Assembly: GCA_965220095.1 (NCBI GenBank)
Contig: CBDCPD010000001.1
Span: 20,700-84,699, forward strand
From: Dehalococcoidia bacterium
Lineage (GTDB): Bacteria; Chloroflexota; Dehalococcoidia; Lucifugimonadales; UBA3495
Reading direction: 5' to 3'
DNA: 64,000 nucleotides
The notes below the pieces were generated by a model. It ran no database searches and was not told where the DNA came from. It saw nothing but the letters and a program-made list of their open reading frames with translations. The translations under genes and the position numbers were made by a program. This document shows positions 1 to 9,591 of this stretch, one piece after another (position 1 is the first letter of the stretch; each line of letters starts with the position of its first letter).

Positions 1-3000
1 GGCTCCCACCGCTGGCGAATCGGAGCCAAGCACATCACGCCCGCCGCACTGGTTGCAGCCGCAGTCGCCATCGCGATATGCACCTGGTTACTTGCTCCAC
101 TGCCTGCCGAGGTACAAGCTCAAGTCCTCGTTGGGCCGACGGTGTCCAGGGTCACACCGTCGGCGTATAGACTATCGTTGGCGCGAGGTACCATCCAGCA
201 GTTCAGAGTGCACGCCACGGCTGGTGATAGGAGCATTTCCAGCTGGGAATGGACTCTGGACGGGGTATCGCAGGGTGGCCAGACTCTGGCGCTTACCCAG
301 TCCATCGAAAGGACTTTCAGTCACACCTTTTCGACCGCGGGCAATTACACGGTAAGGGCCTCCTTCACGGACACGGATGGTCGCCGCGGTGCGAATTCTT
401 GGGAAGTGCGCGTTTATAACCCGGATACGCCAGACAGCCCCCGCATTGTCAGCATGGGCTGTTCCCCTACCATAGTGAGAGTGGAGCAAGTGGTGTCATG
501 CCGGCCCAGTTTGAGCGGCGGCACTCCTACCGAGTACCGTTGGGGCGCCATCGGCGGCGACCCTTGGGCCGGTACCGGCCAGAATTTCTCTACTCGCTGG
601 TCCTCAGCGGGCAGCAAGAGAGTCGTCCTGGAAGTTTGCAACACAGGCGGATGCGATACCGAGGAGCAATACATCAACGTCCATTTGTGTTTCCAGCATC
701 TGGGGAGGTTGCCGGACGGTAGGACGGACCTGTCCGGGTCTTGGAATAGTGCTTGTGCGTCTACCCACCGCAATGGCAGGTACGGTCGCTTCTACGCCTT
801 TACCCTGACCGAGCGTACCGAAGTGCAGATTGACCTGAGCTCGTCCCAGGACACCGTCTTGTACCTGCTGAACGGAGCCAACTCCCGTGGGACGATAGTG
901 ACCAGTGACGACGACGGCGGTTCCGGAAACAACTCGCGCATCACGACCGTTCTGGAAGCAGGTACCTACACCGTGGAGGCCACCACCCATAACTCCGGAG
1001 TTACCGGGGATTTCACGTTGAGGATCGACGCCAGCGCGGCGCCACGCAACTGTTTCCAGCATCTGGGGAGGTTGCCGGACGGTAGGACGGATCTGTCCGG
1101 GTCTTGGGATAGTGCTTGTGCGTCTACCCACCGCAATGGCAGGTACGGTCGCTTCTACGCCTTTACCCTGACCGAGCGTACCGAAGTGCAGATTGACCTG
1201 AGCTCGTCCCAGGACACCGTCTTGTACCTGCTGAACGGAGCCGACTCCCGTGGGACGATAGTGACCAGTGACGACGACGGCGGTTCTGGAAACAACTCGC
1301 GCATCACGACCGTTCTGGAGGCGGGTACCTACACCGTGGAGGCCACCACCTATAACTCCGGAGTTACCGGGGATTTCACGTTGAGGATCGACGCCAGCGC
1401 GGCGCCACGCAACTGTTTCCAGCATCTGGGGAGGTTGCCGGACGGTAGGACGGATCTGTCCGGGTCTTGGGATAGTGCTTGTGCGTCTACCCACCGCAAT
1501 GGCAGGTACGGTCGCTTCTACGCCTTTACCCTGACCGAGCGTACCGAAGTGCAGATTGACCTGAGCTCGTCCCAGGACACCGTCTTGTACCTGCTGAACG
1601 GAGCCGACTCCCGTGGGACGATAGTGACCAGTGACGACGACGGCGGTTCTGGAAACAACTCGCGCATCACGACCGTTCTGGAGGCGGGTACCTACACCGT
1701 GGAGGCCACCACCTATAACTCCGGAGTTACCGGGGATTTCACGTTGAGGATCGACGCCAGCGCGGCGCCACGCAACTGTTTCCAGCATCTGGGGAGGTTG
1801 CCGGATGGTAGGACGGATCTGTCCGGGTCTTGGGATAGTGCTTGTGCGTCTACCCACCGCAATGGCAGGTACGGTCGCTTCTACGCCTTTACCCTGACCG
1901 AGCGTACTGAAGTGCAGATTGACCTGAGCTCGTCCCAGGACACCGTCTTGTACCTGCTGAACGGAGCCGACTCCCGTGGGACGATAGTGACCAGTGACGA
2001 CGACGGCGGTTCTGGAAACAACTCGCGCATCACGACCGTTCTGGAAGCGGGTACCTACACCGTGGAGGCCACCACCCATAACTCCGGGGTTACCGGGGAT
2101 TTCACGTTGAGGATCGACGCCAGCGCGGCGCCACGCAACTGTTTCCAGCATCTGGGGAGGTTGCCGGATGGTAGGACGGACCTGTCCGGGTCTTGGGATA
2201 GTGCTTGTGCGTCTACCCACCGCAATGGCAGGTACGGTCGCTTCTACGCCTTTACCCTGACCGAGCGTACCGAAGTGCAGATTGACCTGACCTCGTCCCA
2301 GGACACCGTCTTGTACCTGCTGAACGGAGCGGGCTCCACGGGAACGGTGGTTGACGTTAATGATGACGTTTCAAGGGAGAACACCGACTCACGCATCGCG
2401 ACCGTTCTGGAAGCGGGTACCTACACTGTGGAGGCCACCACCATCCAGGCCGGGGTTACCGGGGATTTCACGTTGAGGATCGACGCCAGCGCGGCGCCAC
2501 GCAACTGTTTCCAGCATTTGGGGGGGTTGCCGGACGGTAGGACGGACCTGTCCGGGTCTTGGGATAGTGCTTGTGCGTCTACCCACCGCAATGGCAGGTA
2601 CGGTCGCTTCTACGCCTTTACCCTGACCGAGCGTACCGAAGTGCAGATTGACCTGAGCTCGTCCCAGGACACCGTCTTGTACCTGCTGAACGGAGCGGGC
2701 TCCACGGGAACGGTGGTTGACGTTAATGATGACGTTTCAAGGGAGAACACCGACTCGCGCATCGCGACCGTTCTGGAAGCGGGTACCTACACCGTGGAGG
2801 CCACCACCATCCAGGCCGGGGTTACCGGGAATTTCACCCTGACCATCACACCCATAGCTGTGACCTCCAGGTGTTATCAAGACCTGGGTACTCTGCCCCA
2901 GTCCGCCCACCTTCCCGGGGAGTGGACTGGGGCCTGTGCTTCGGTCCAGCGCAACGGCAGCTATGGCCGTTTCTACACCTTTGAGTTGACGCAGAGGGGC

Positions 3001-3891
3001 GAGGTACAGATTGATCTGGGCTCGACTCGGAATGCCTATTTATACTTGCTGAGCGGGGCCGGCGCCGGTGGACCGCTGGTGGCGAGCGATAACGACGGTG
3101 GTTCCGGGAACAACTCGCGCATCACGGCGGTCCTGGAGGCAGGTATCTATACCGTCGAGGCCACCACCTTCAATCCTGGAGCTATCGGAACCTTCGATCT
3201 GCATATCACATCGCGGCCAGCGCCGATGGACCCCTGTACCGATACGCTAATCGCATCTGACAGCTCGGTTGACACCGCGCCCATTGTTGGCGAATGGACG
3301 AGCGATTGTAGCTCTGAGCACCGCAGCGGCAGCTATGCGCGCTACTACACGTTCACTCTAGCATCGCCGTCAGAGATGACCATCACCTTGGAATCCGGCT
3401 TCGATACCTTCCTGTACCTGCTGGAGGGCGCGGGAACCAGCGGGACGGTGATTGCCAGCAACAACGATGCAGCCAGCGGCGACACCGACTCGCAGTTAAG
3501 GGAGTTCCTGTCTGTCGGGACCTATACCATTGAGGCCACCACGTACAAAGGTGCTGTTACCGGCGATTTCACCTTAACCGTGACGGCCATCACCGTCTCG
3601 CAACCCCCGTTTGAAGCACCGCGAAACGTACTGGGAATATCTAACTCCCCAGGAGAGCTCACCCTTTCTTGGGGGAGCGCCGACAATCCCGACTCCTATC
3701 TACTCATCGCGGTCAATATGGACACCTTTGAGTACGAAACGGCGATCGTGTCCGACGGTGCAGCCAGGATGGGCACGGTTTCCGGATTGACCAGCGGCGG
3801 GAGTTATCTGGGCATCGTGGTTGCCCTGAAGGTAACGGGAGGCGTAGTGGAAACCCCGTACGGAGTGGCCACACGGGTGACCGTTCGCTAA
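1..3891 (+). CDS. Secreted multidomain surface protein, 5' end off-window: 2 PKD-like + 8 pre-peptidase C-terminal (PPC)-like + 1 FN3-like domain
   Basis: Frame 1 is open from base 1 (GSHRWRIGAKHITPAALVAAAVAIAICTWLLAPLPAEVQAQ = hydrophobic signal/anchor-like stretch). The GTG at 142 used by the ORF track is therefore probably internal and the true start lies upstream. PKD-like units are present (FSTAGNYTVRASFTDTDG). Eight ~121-aa units show a PPC-type pattern (RFYAFTL..EVQIDL..DTVLYLL...DDD..NSRI..LEAGTYTVEATT...G.FTL.I). TAA at 3889-3891. Confidence 0.8.
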   Translation, partial: GSHRWRIGAKHITPAALVAAAVAIAICTWLLAPLPAEVQAQVLVGPTVSRVTPSAYRLSLARGTIQQFRVHATAGDRSISSWEWTLDGVSQGGQTLALTQSIERTFSHTFSTAGNYTVRASFTDTDGRRGANSWEVRVYNPDTPDSPRIVSMGCSPTIVRVEQVVSCRPSLSGGTPTEYRWGAIGGDPWAGTGQNFSTRWSSAGSKRVVLEVCNTGGCDTEEQYINVHLCFQHLGRLPDGRTDLSGSWNSACASTHRNGRYGRFYAFTLTERTEVQIDLSSSQDTVLYLLNGANSRGTIVTSDDDGGSGNNSRITTVLEAGTYTVEATTHNSGVTGDFTLRIDASAAPRNCFQHLGRLPDGRTDLSGSWDSACASTHRNGRYGRFYAFTLTERTEVQIDLSSSQDTVLYLLNGADSRGTIVTSDDDGGSGNNSRITTVLEAGTYTVEATTYNSGVTGDFTLRIDASAAPRNCFQHLGRLPDGRTDLSGSWDSACASTHRNGRYGRFYAFTLTERTEVQIDLSSSQDTVLYLLNGADSRGTIVTSDDDGGSGNNSRITTVLEAGTYTVEATTYNSGVTGDFTLRIDASAAPRNCFQHLGRLPDGRTDLSGSWDSACASTHRNGRYGRFYAFTLTERTEVQIDLSSSQDTVLYLLNGADSRGTIVTSDDDGGSGNNSRITTVLEAGTYTVEATTHNSGVTGDFTLRIDASAAPRNCFQHLGRLPDGRTDLSGSWDSACASTHRNGRYGRFYAFTLTERTEVQIDLTSSQDTVLYLLNGAGSTGTVVDVNDDVSRENTDSRIATVLEAGTYTVEATTIQAGVTGDFTLRIDASAAPRNCFQHLGGLPDGRTDLSGSWDSACASTHRNGRYGRFYAFTLTERTEVQIDLSSSQDTVLYLLNGAGSTGTVVDVNDDVSRENTDSRIATVLEAGTYTVEATTIQAGVTGNFTLTITPIAVTSRCYQDLGTLPQSAHLPGEWTGACASVQRNGSYGRFYTFELTQRGEVQIDLGSTRNAYLYLLSGAGAGGPLVASDNDGGSGNNSRITAVLEAGIYTVEATTFNPGAIGTFDLHITSRPAPMDPCTDTLIASDSSVDTAPIVGEWTSDCSSEHRSGSYARYYTFTLASPSEMTITLESGFDTFLYLLEGAGTSGTVIASNNDAASGDTDSQLREFLSVGTYTIEATTYKGAVTGDFTLTVTAITVSQPPFEAPRNVLGISNSPGELTLSWGSADNPDSYLLIAVNMDTFEYETAIVSDGAARMGTVSGLTSGGSYLGIVVALKVTGGVVETPYGVATRVTVR
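688..2871 (+). repeat. Coding tandem repeat, period 363/366 bp, six near-identical units (PPC-like domains)
   Basis: Unit starts (Cys codon of CFQHLG) fall at 688, 1051, 1414, 1777, 2140 and 2506. The units at 1051 and 1414 look identical base for base. Two diverged units follow at 2872 and 3235. Confidence 0.95.
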
Positions 3892-4328
3892 ATTGAGATC
3901 GTGAAATGAGGACGCTCCCGGTGAGTTACCTGCTGTCGGAGGAGACTTCAGCTATGGGTGGCAGAAGGCTATTTTTCGAAAAATAACCAAATTTGACAGG
4001 TTTGCCGTAATACTCGGGTAATGTTGGGGGCGTAAAATCCTCCCACATGAGTAGTAGCCCATCCATTCGTCGCGTCTCGCCGGCTGTTTGTCGGCGCCCT
4101 GCCGACGAGCTAAACAGGAGGTGAAACGTTTAACTAACCCTAGCAACGCGGACGCGCCCACCGGCGACGGCGGGAACCAACAATTCCGCAATTCCGCTCA
4201 GCCCCTGCCGGGCGGCCCGCGATTGAAGTAACGAAAAAAGAACCAACTGCTTGTACCAAGACCTAGCCGGAAGTGCGGGCTCGCGGTCGGGCTGATTCCC
4301 CACTAGGTTACAAGGAGAAAATGGAGTA

Positions 4329-6707
4329 ATGAGAACAAAAAATGCAAAAAGGCTCTGGCCGGTGCCAGCGACGCTGGGGGTCGTGGCCTTGGCCGCCCTT
4401 CTGGCCCTTGGCTTACTGGCCACCTATGGCGCCCAGCCCGTGGCTGCCCAGGATGGTGGTGCCTGTACCTCGGTCAACCACCTCGGCGATGCAGATCCCG
4501 ATATGAACGGGGACCAAGACGCTTTCGAGTGCCAAGTGACCAGTTCCGATGCGGTCATCACGTTGACGAATGGTACCGACAACGAGCACACGTTCTACGT
4601 GTTCGCCGAGGCGATCGGGAGCGGCGCCGCCGAGGTCTATCCCCCGGGAACCATGTTTGCTAACGGGGCGTTCAGGTCGGGCGGTGCTGATACCGACCCA
4701 GTGGTAGCGCCGATACGCTACCAAATTGTCAAAGTCCCGGCGAAAGCCATCAGGGACGGTTCCGCCACCGTGACTATCCCCGGCAGCGCCCTGGATACCA
4801 CGTTGGTTTACGTGTATGCCGCCGAGGGGTTCCCGACGACCACCGCAATCGACAATAATGATGGCGAAGAGGTCGGGCGCGCATTGCCGCAAACTGGGAC
4901 CGTCAGCGCAACAGTCACCGTCATCTATCTGGGTCCGCCGGTCCGAAGCGCTCCTGACGACTACGGCCTGCCGGCTAATGGCACGCCTGACGGTGACAAA
5001 GAGGGCGAACCGCGCTCGAATCTGACAGTGTCCGCGGACAGTAACAGTGGTAGCGAAGTTATCCTACCCGACAACTCGGATCCGATCATTGTGTCTGCCA
5101 ATGTAGTGGACCGCGACAATAGGCCCCTCAGAGGTTCGATCACTTATACGGTGACATACGTGGAGGACTCCGATCTCAAGAGTGGACAGCAGTCCTACAC
5201 GTCCCGGTCTATGGAATATCCCGGCACGGATAACGCCGGTATGATGCATAGCGTAGAGGGCTGGAACTCCAGCACCAAAGCGGTAGCCGTGATGGTTTCT
5301 GCGATGTTCACCGGTGAAACCGGTTCCATCGAGTTGCCCTTGGTCACTGTTGAGGTGGACACCGACGAGGTTGAGGAAGTCAACATTGCCCGTACCGGCG
5401 CTGCCGAAACCCTCAAGGCTGCCACATTTAACGTGGACTGCCTTGACGACAGACAAGTATCTGCCACCGATGACGACCTGTCTGATGACACCTTCGATTT
5501 GGAGGAAGATGACTGCGCCATGGACGCCAGGTTTGGTGTCGGCCAGGACATTGTGGTCAAAGCTCATCTGGAGGACTCTCTCGGAAGCATGGTGGCTGGT
5601 GCCATCACCGTAAAGCTTGATTCTAAGGTTGAAGACGAGCTTGACAACGATGGCGAGACTGGACTGGTATCCAACAGTGTTACGGATGACGCGCCAATCG
5701 TGTTCTTGTACCAGGTGGACAAGGACGCCATGCTCGGCGATCACGAAATCACGGTAGGAACCGCGGTAGCGGACGTCGATGACGTGGTTTTGACCGTAGC
5801 AGTCGCCGGTCCGCCGGACAGCTACATGATTGAGGGCCCCGATCGGATCGATCTGAACGGGTCTGGCATGTTCACTGTCACTGCCATGGACAAAGCTGAA
5901 GGTATCCCCCACTTCAAGGACGACGCGTCCCGCGACGTGGAAATCTTCATCCAGGGCTTGGCGCAGGGCAACACGCGTAACCTGTCCAACGGCGTGTTGA
6001 CGCTTGACGCCGACACCGGCATGGGCACTTTCATCGTGTTCGCGCCCAACGGTGCGACGCAGGGGCAGGTGCTGCGGTTCTTCATTGGCGACAGCACCTC
6101 GGCCGATCATACGGTCGCGTTCGGCATGAACAGCATGCCCATGAGCGCCGGTATCGACGACGTGATGATGACCATGGGCGACGACCCGATGATGGTCGAA
6201 GCCATGTTCACCGACGCCGACGGCCAGGACCTGATCTACGAGTGGATGTCCAGCGACGAAATGGTCGCTACCGTCATGGCCGACGACATGGACATGAGCA
6301 CGGCCAGCATCACCGCCGTTGGCGTTGGCACGGCCACCATAACGGTGACCGCCACCGACACCGAGGGCGGCATGGGCATGCAGACCTTCATGGTAACGGT
6401 GGAAGCAGCGCATACGGACACGTCCTTGCAGGATATTCCCGATTCGTCCATCAGCGTGACGAACAATGCCAATAGCTCCATCACCGTAAATTGGATGGGG
6501 GGCGACAACGCTGACTCGTTCATCGTGGTGGCGGCGGAACTGGGTTCCGACCCGTTCACGTACGAGTCTGAGAACGTAGCCGGCAACGCGGCCAAGATGG
6601 CCACTATAAGTGGGCTGAACATCGGCTCCAACTACATGGTCATCGTAATCGCGCTGCAGGGGACGAACTCCCAGTACGGTGTTCTGCTGAGCGTGACGGC
6701 CAATTAG
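4329..6707 (+). CDS. Secreted acidic surface protein with Big_2-like Ig domain and C-terminal FN3-like module
   Basis: AAGGAG at 4312-4317 precedes ATG 4329. Signal peptide MRTKNAKRLWPVPATLGVVALAALLALGLLATYGAQPVAAQ. Big_2-like segment ITAVGVGTATITVTATDTEGGMGMQTFMVTV. Contains a Met/Asp-rich stretch. The C-terminal unit is shared with 1-3891 and 21577-24468. Confidence 0.75.
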   Translation: MRTKNAKRLWPVPATLGVVALAALLALGLLATYGAQPVAAQDGGACTSVNHLGDADPDMNGDQDAFECQVTSSDAVITLTNGTDNEHTFYVFAEAIGSGAAEVYPPGTMFANGAFRSGGADTDPVVAPIRYQIVKVPAKAIRDGSATVTIPGSALDTTLVYVYAAEGFPTTTAIDNNDGEEVGRALPQTGTVSATVTVIYLGPPVRSAPDDYGLPANGTPDGDKEGEPRSNLTVSADSNSGSEVILPDNSDPIIVSANVVDRDNRPLRGSITYTVTYVEDSDLKSGQQSYTSRSMEYPGTDNAGMMHSVEGWNSSTKAVAVMVSAMFTGETGSIELPLVTVEVDTDEVEEVNIARTGAAETLKAATFNVDCLDDRQVSATDDDLSDDTFDLEEDDCAMDARFGVGQDIVVKAHLEDSLGSMVAGAITVKLDSKVEDELDNDGETGLVSNSVTDDAPIVFLYQVDKDAMLGDHEITVGTAVADVDDVVLTVAVAGPPDSYMIEGPDRIDLNGSGMFTVTAMDKAEGIPHFKDDASRDVEIFIQGLAQGNTRNLSNGVLTLDADTGMGTFIVFAPNGATQGQVLRFFIGDSTSADHTVAFGMNSMPMSAGIDDVMMTMGDDPMMVEAMFTDADGQDLIYEWMSSDEMVATVMADDMDMSTASITAVGVGTATITVTATDTEGGMGMQTFMVTVEAAHTDTSLQDIPDSSISVTNNANSSITVNWMGGDNADSFIVVAAELGSDPFTYESENVAGNAAKMATISGLNIGSNYMVIVIALQGTNSQYGVLLSVTAN

Positions 6708-6732
6708 GTCAGATACGACAGCGGAACGAATT

Positions 6733-6771
6733 CCTGGGAACGCTTTAGCCTCGCGCTAGCGCGCTCCCAGG
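6733..6771 (+). terminator. Intergenic hairpin (possible terminator or attenuator)
   Basis: CCTGGGAACGC (6733-6743) pairs with GCGCTCCCAGG (6761-6771), an 11-bp stem with 1 mismatch and a 17-nt loop. No T-tract follows. Confidence 0.3.
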
Positions 6772-6810
6772 CTAGGAAGATGCAACAGATCTCAAAGGAG
6801 ATTGCACAAG

Positions 6811-9477
6811 ATGAGAAACAAAGCGAGAAAGCACATCTGGCCGGTTTCGCTGGCGATGTCGCTGGCGTTGGTTGGGGTGCTGGCCGTTGTGGCCCTGGCC
6901 CTGGCTGGCTCCAACACCGCTCAGGCCCATGGCCCATGTGACCTCAGCACCATGACGGTGCCGCAGTTCGTGGAATGCGTGGCCATGGGGGGCGACGCTA
7001 CGCATACCCACGAAACCGACCCCGCCCCCGTCACGACCGCTACCGGAGACATGATTAAATCCGACAGCAACAGCGGCGGCGGCGCTCCCGAATTCCAGGT
7101 GAAGATTGAATCACTGCCCAGGAGGTTGGCGGTGGGCAGCTCCATCGTGCTGTACCTGGAGGACGACTACCAGAAGCCTGCAACGATACCGGCCAGCTCG
7201 GTATACTTCGTGGCGACCCCGCCTACCGAAGAAACCGGCAGCGGCTCCCGGGTGTACACCACCATTGCGCCGAAAATCGACACGGGCGCTTACTTTGATG
7301 CTGACAAAAGTGACATCAGCATCCGGGTTTTCATCCCCGATATGTGCACCTCCTCCACTGATGATTGCCAAGGTCAAAACGGCGTCGATGCCGGTCAAAC
7401 CCTGACGATGGTGGTTGAGGACACTTCCGGCATCAAGAATCCGACGGAAGCCGGGTCGCACAGCGCGGCGTTTGCGATTCTGGACCCCACGGACAGCGTT
7501 CCAGGCCCGGACGCAGTCGACAAGGACTATGAGCTGCTAACCGTAGCAAAGGTCAAGTTGTCGGACGTGAACAACAGTCGTGGCTACGAGTTGGTCGTGA
7601 TTGGCTCCGGCTACAACGACGGCACCACGGCCACCGCGTACACGTTGGCCATGCCCACCGCCGCCCAGTGGTGGGATTCGCTGGACTGCGCAGAGATGAT
7701 AACAGCCGTAGGCATGACCCCCAGTGGCGTCAAAGCAATCGATGACGCCAACGTCTACTGCGAGCTGTACGTCGATTTGGACGAATCCCAGAAGGAGAGG
7801 GTGCGGACATTACGTACCGATCTCTCGGCCGGATTCAAGCTCGGAATGAACGGCTGTGACGTGGTCGTCGCCAACGGCACCGCCATCGGTACCGCCATCG
7901 TCGGCAAAGACGACACTGCGGCCATACCCGTTACGGTAACCGTGCCCATCTTCAAGCCCGGCAAGGTCAACTATATCTGCGTATCCGATGGCGAAAGCCG
8001 CGGCTCCGGGTCCGATGTGGAAATCTTCGAGCTGGAGGATTCCATCCGGGTGATTCCTACTGAGGTAAACGCCGGCGACACCGTAACCCTGTTCGCCCAG
8101 GACTTCCAGGGGAGAGACAGTTTCACCGAGCTGAAGCTGGGTGGTGTGACGGTGTATCCGTCGGAAGACGAAGAATATGAAGACCTCGATCTTCAGCGAG
8201 CCGGCATTGGGAATGACGGCTCAGCTACCATTACCTTCGTGATGCCGCCCACCATCGGTGGCAACCCCATCAAGGGCACTATCCAGGTAAAGGGCACATG
8301 GGGCGGCAAGAAGGGACCCAACGCCGCCACCAAGATAACGGTAAAGCCGGCTGGTCTCACCCTTACCAAGACCGAAGCCAGGGCCAACGAGAGCATTACC
8401 ATCCAGGGCTCCGGCTTCAGCAACACCAGCGTGGTCAAACCCGAGAAGATAACCATCGACGATGTTCCCCTGATGGTCGATGCCGACTCCCTGCGGGATG
8501 ACGTGGTGAAGATATCCAACGGGGGGCAGTTCGTGGCCACGATATACCTCTGGCCCGAAGACAGCACCACCAACCCGGCCCTTGTCACCGGCACGCACAT
8601 CATCCGCGTGGAAGACGAGGACGGCTTCGTTGGCTCCACCAACCTCGCCATCATCGAACCCACGATTACCGTGGTGCCACTGGTGGCCGGCCCCCGGGAC
8701 ATCGTGGTCATCAGTGGTGAAAACTTCCCCGTGGACAACGTGGAAGGCGGCGCCGTTAACGCGGTAACTATTACCGTCAACGACAGCCGCGAGCGGACCT
8801 ACAGCGAGATTCCCGACGGCTCGGGCCGCTTCACGGTTGAGCACCGGGTTTCCTCCAACGTGGCGATCCCGTCCGTGGCTACCATCAAGGCAACCTACGG
8901 CACCGAGATAACCAAGACCGGCAGCTTCGATGTGCCGGAGGCCATTATCACCGTGGAGCCGGCCCAGGCTGCCCCCGGTGACAGCCTCACCCTCTCCGTT
9001 GGTGGTATGCCCGTCTATGCTTCCGTGGACAGCATCACCATCGGTGGCCGCGAAGCCCTGGGGAACCGCAATTTCAACACCGACCGCGAGGGCACGGTAA
9101 CGGCCGAGGGCATCGTGGTGCCAGGTTTGGACCCAGGTATTTTCTCGGTCCAACTGGAGGTCAACGACATCGTGGCCATTGGTCAGGTGGAAGTTGTCTC
9201 CGAAGGCCCGACCGGCCTGGCCAACCCGCTGCCCGCCGCCATGGAGGCGATAGGCGACGAGCTGGTGCGCGTGTTCTACTTCAACGGCGTGGACAAAACC
9301 TGGAGTTTCTTTGACCCCAGGCCAGAGTTCGACGGCCTGAACACGCTGACCGAAATGGTCAGCGGCCAGCCCTACTGGATTCTCGTTTCCGAGGATGTGG
9401 ATGATGTTGTTCTGAACAACAAGACTCGGAACCTGACCTGCGTGGGCGGCGACTGCTGGAACCAGTTGGTTTGGTAA
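6811..9477 (+). CDS. Secreted surface protein with IPT/TIG-like beta-sandwich repeats
   Basis: GGAG at 6798-6801 precedes ATG 6811 (the ORF track starts at TTG 6802). Signal peptide MRNKARKHIWPVSLAMSLALVGVLAVVALALAGSNTAQA. Recurrent motifs ITIQGSGFSN, VVISGENFPVDN and LTLSVGGMPV. Confidence 0.75.
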   Translation: MRNKARKHIWPVSLAMSLALVGVLAVVALALAGSNTAQAHGPCDLSTMTVPQFVECVAMGGDATHTHETDPAPVTTATGDMIKSDSNSGGGAPEFQVKIESLPRRLAVGSSIVLYLEDDYQKPATIPASSVYFVATPPTEETGSGSRVYTTIAPKIDTGAYFDADKSDISIRVFIPDMCTSSTDDCQGQNGVDAGQTLTMVVEDTSGIKNPTEAGSHSAAFAILDPTDSVPGPDAVDKDYELLTVAKVKLSDVNNSRGYELVVIGSGYNDGTTATAYTLAMPTAAQWWDSLDCAEMITAVGMTPSGVKAIDDANVYCELYVDLDESQKERVRTLRTDLSAGFKLGMNGCDVVVANGTAIGTAIVGKDDTAAIPVTVTVPIFKPGKVNYICVSDGESRGSGSDVEIFELEDSIRVIPTEVNAGDTVTLFAQDFQGRDSFTELKLGGVTVYPSEDEEYEDLDLQRAGIGNDGSATITFVMPPTIGGNPIKGTIQVKGTWGGKKGPNAATKITVKPAGLTLTKTEARANESITIQGSGFSNTSVVKPEKITIDDVPLMVDADSLRDDVVKISNGGQFVATIYLWPEDSTTNPALVTGTHIIRVEDEDGFVGSTNLAIIEPTITVVPLVAGPRDIVVISGENFPVDNVEGGAVNAVTITVNDSRERTYSEIPDGSGRFTVEHRVSSNVAIPSVATIKATYGTEITKTGSFDVPEAIITVEPAQAAPGDSLTLSVGGMPVYASVDSITIGGREALGNRNFNTDREGTVTAEGIVVPGLDPGIFSVQLEVNDIVAIGQVEVVSEGPTGLANPLPAAMEAIGDELVRVFYFNGVDKTWSFFDPRPEFDGLNTLTEMVSGQPYWILVSEDVDDVVLNNKTRNLTCVGGDCWNQLVW

Positions 9478-9530
9478 GCCGCAAGGTCGAACCAAATCAG
9501 GTGACCAACAGTAACGCAAGGTAAAGAACA

Positions 9531-9564
9531 CCCTCACCCCAACGTTCAGGCGGCGGGGTGAGGG
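9531..9564 (+). terminator. Intergenic hairpin after the surface-protein gene
   Basis: CCCTCACCCC (9531-9540) pairs with GGGGTGAGGG (9555-9564), a perfect 10-bp stem with a 14-nt loop. No clear T-tract. Confidence 0.35.
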
Positions 9565-9591
9565 ATACCCCCACAAGCAGGAGCAAATGAA

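Noticed and set aside
604-2220. 538-aa ORF on the minus strand (and 2389-2586) antisense to the PPC repeats
   Set aside because: It is periodic only because it mirrors the 363-bp coding repeat. Its composition is Arg/Gly/Pro-rich, typical of antisense frames in GC-rich DNA. The plus-strand frame has clear domain signatures.
688-2871. Possible CRISPR-like array because of regular repeats
   Set aside because: The units are 363 bp, contiguous with no unique spacers, and in frame within a long CDS. This is a protein-domain tandem repeat, not a CRISPR array.
3993-3998. TTGACA as a -35 box in the 437-bp region upstream of 4329
   Set aside because: There is no acceptable -10 hexamer at 16-18 nt spacing (TAATAC at 9 nt, TAATGT at 20 nt), so it was not reported as a promoter.
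5064-9576. Long minus-strand ORFs 5064-6413 and 8221-9576
   Set aside because: They are antisense to well-supported secreted-protein genes. Their composition is His/Gly/Arg/Val-rich and biased, with no motifs and no RBS context.
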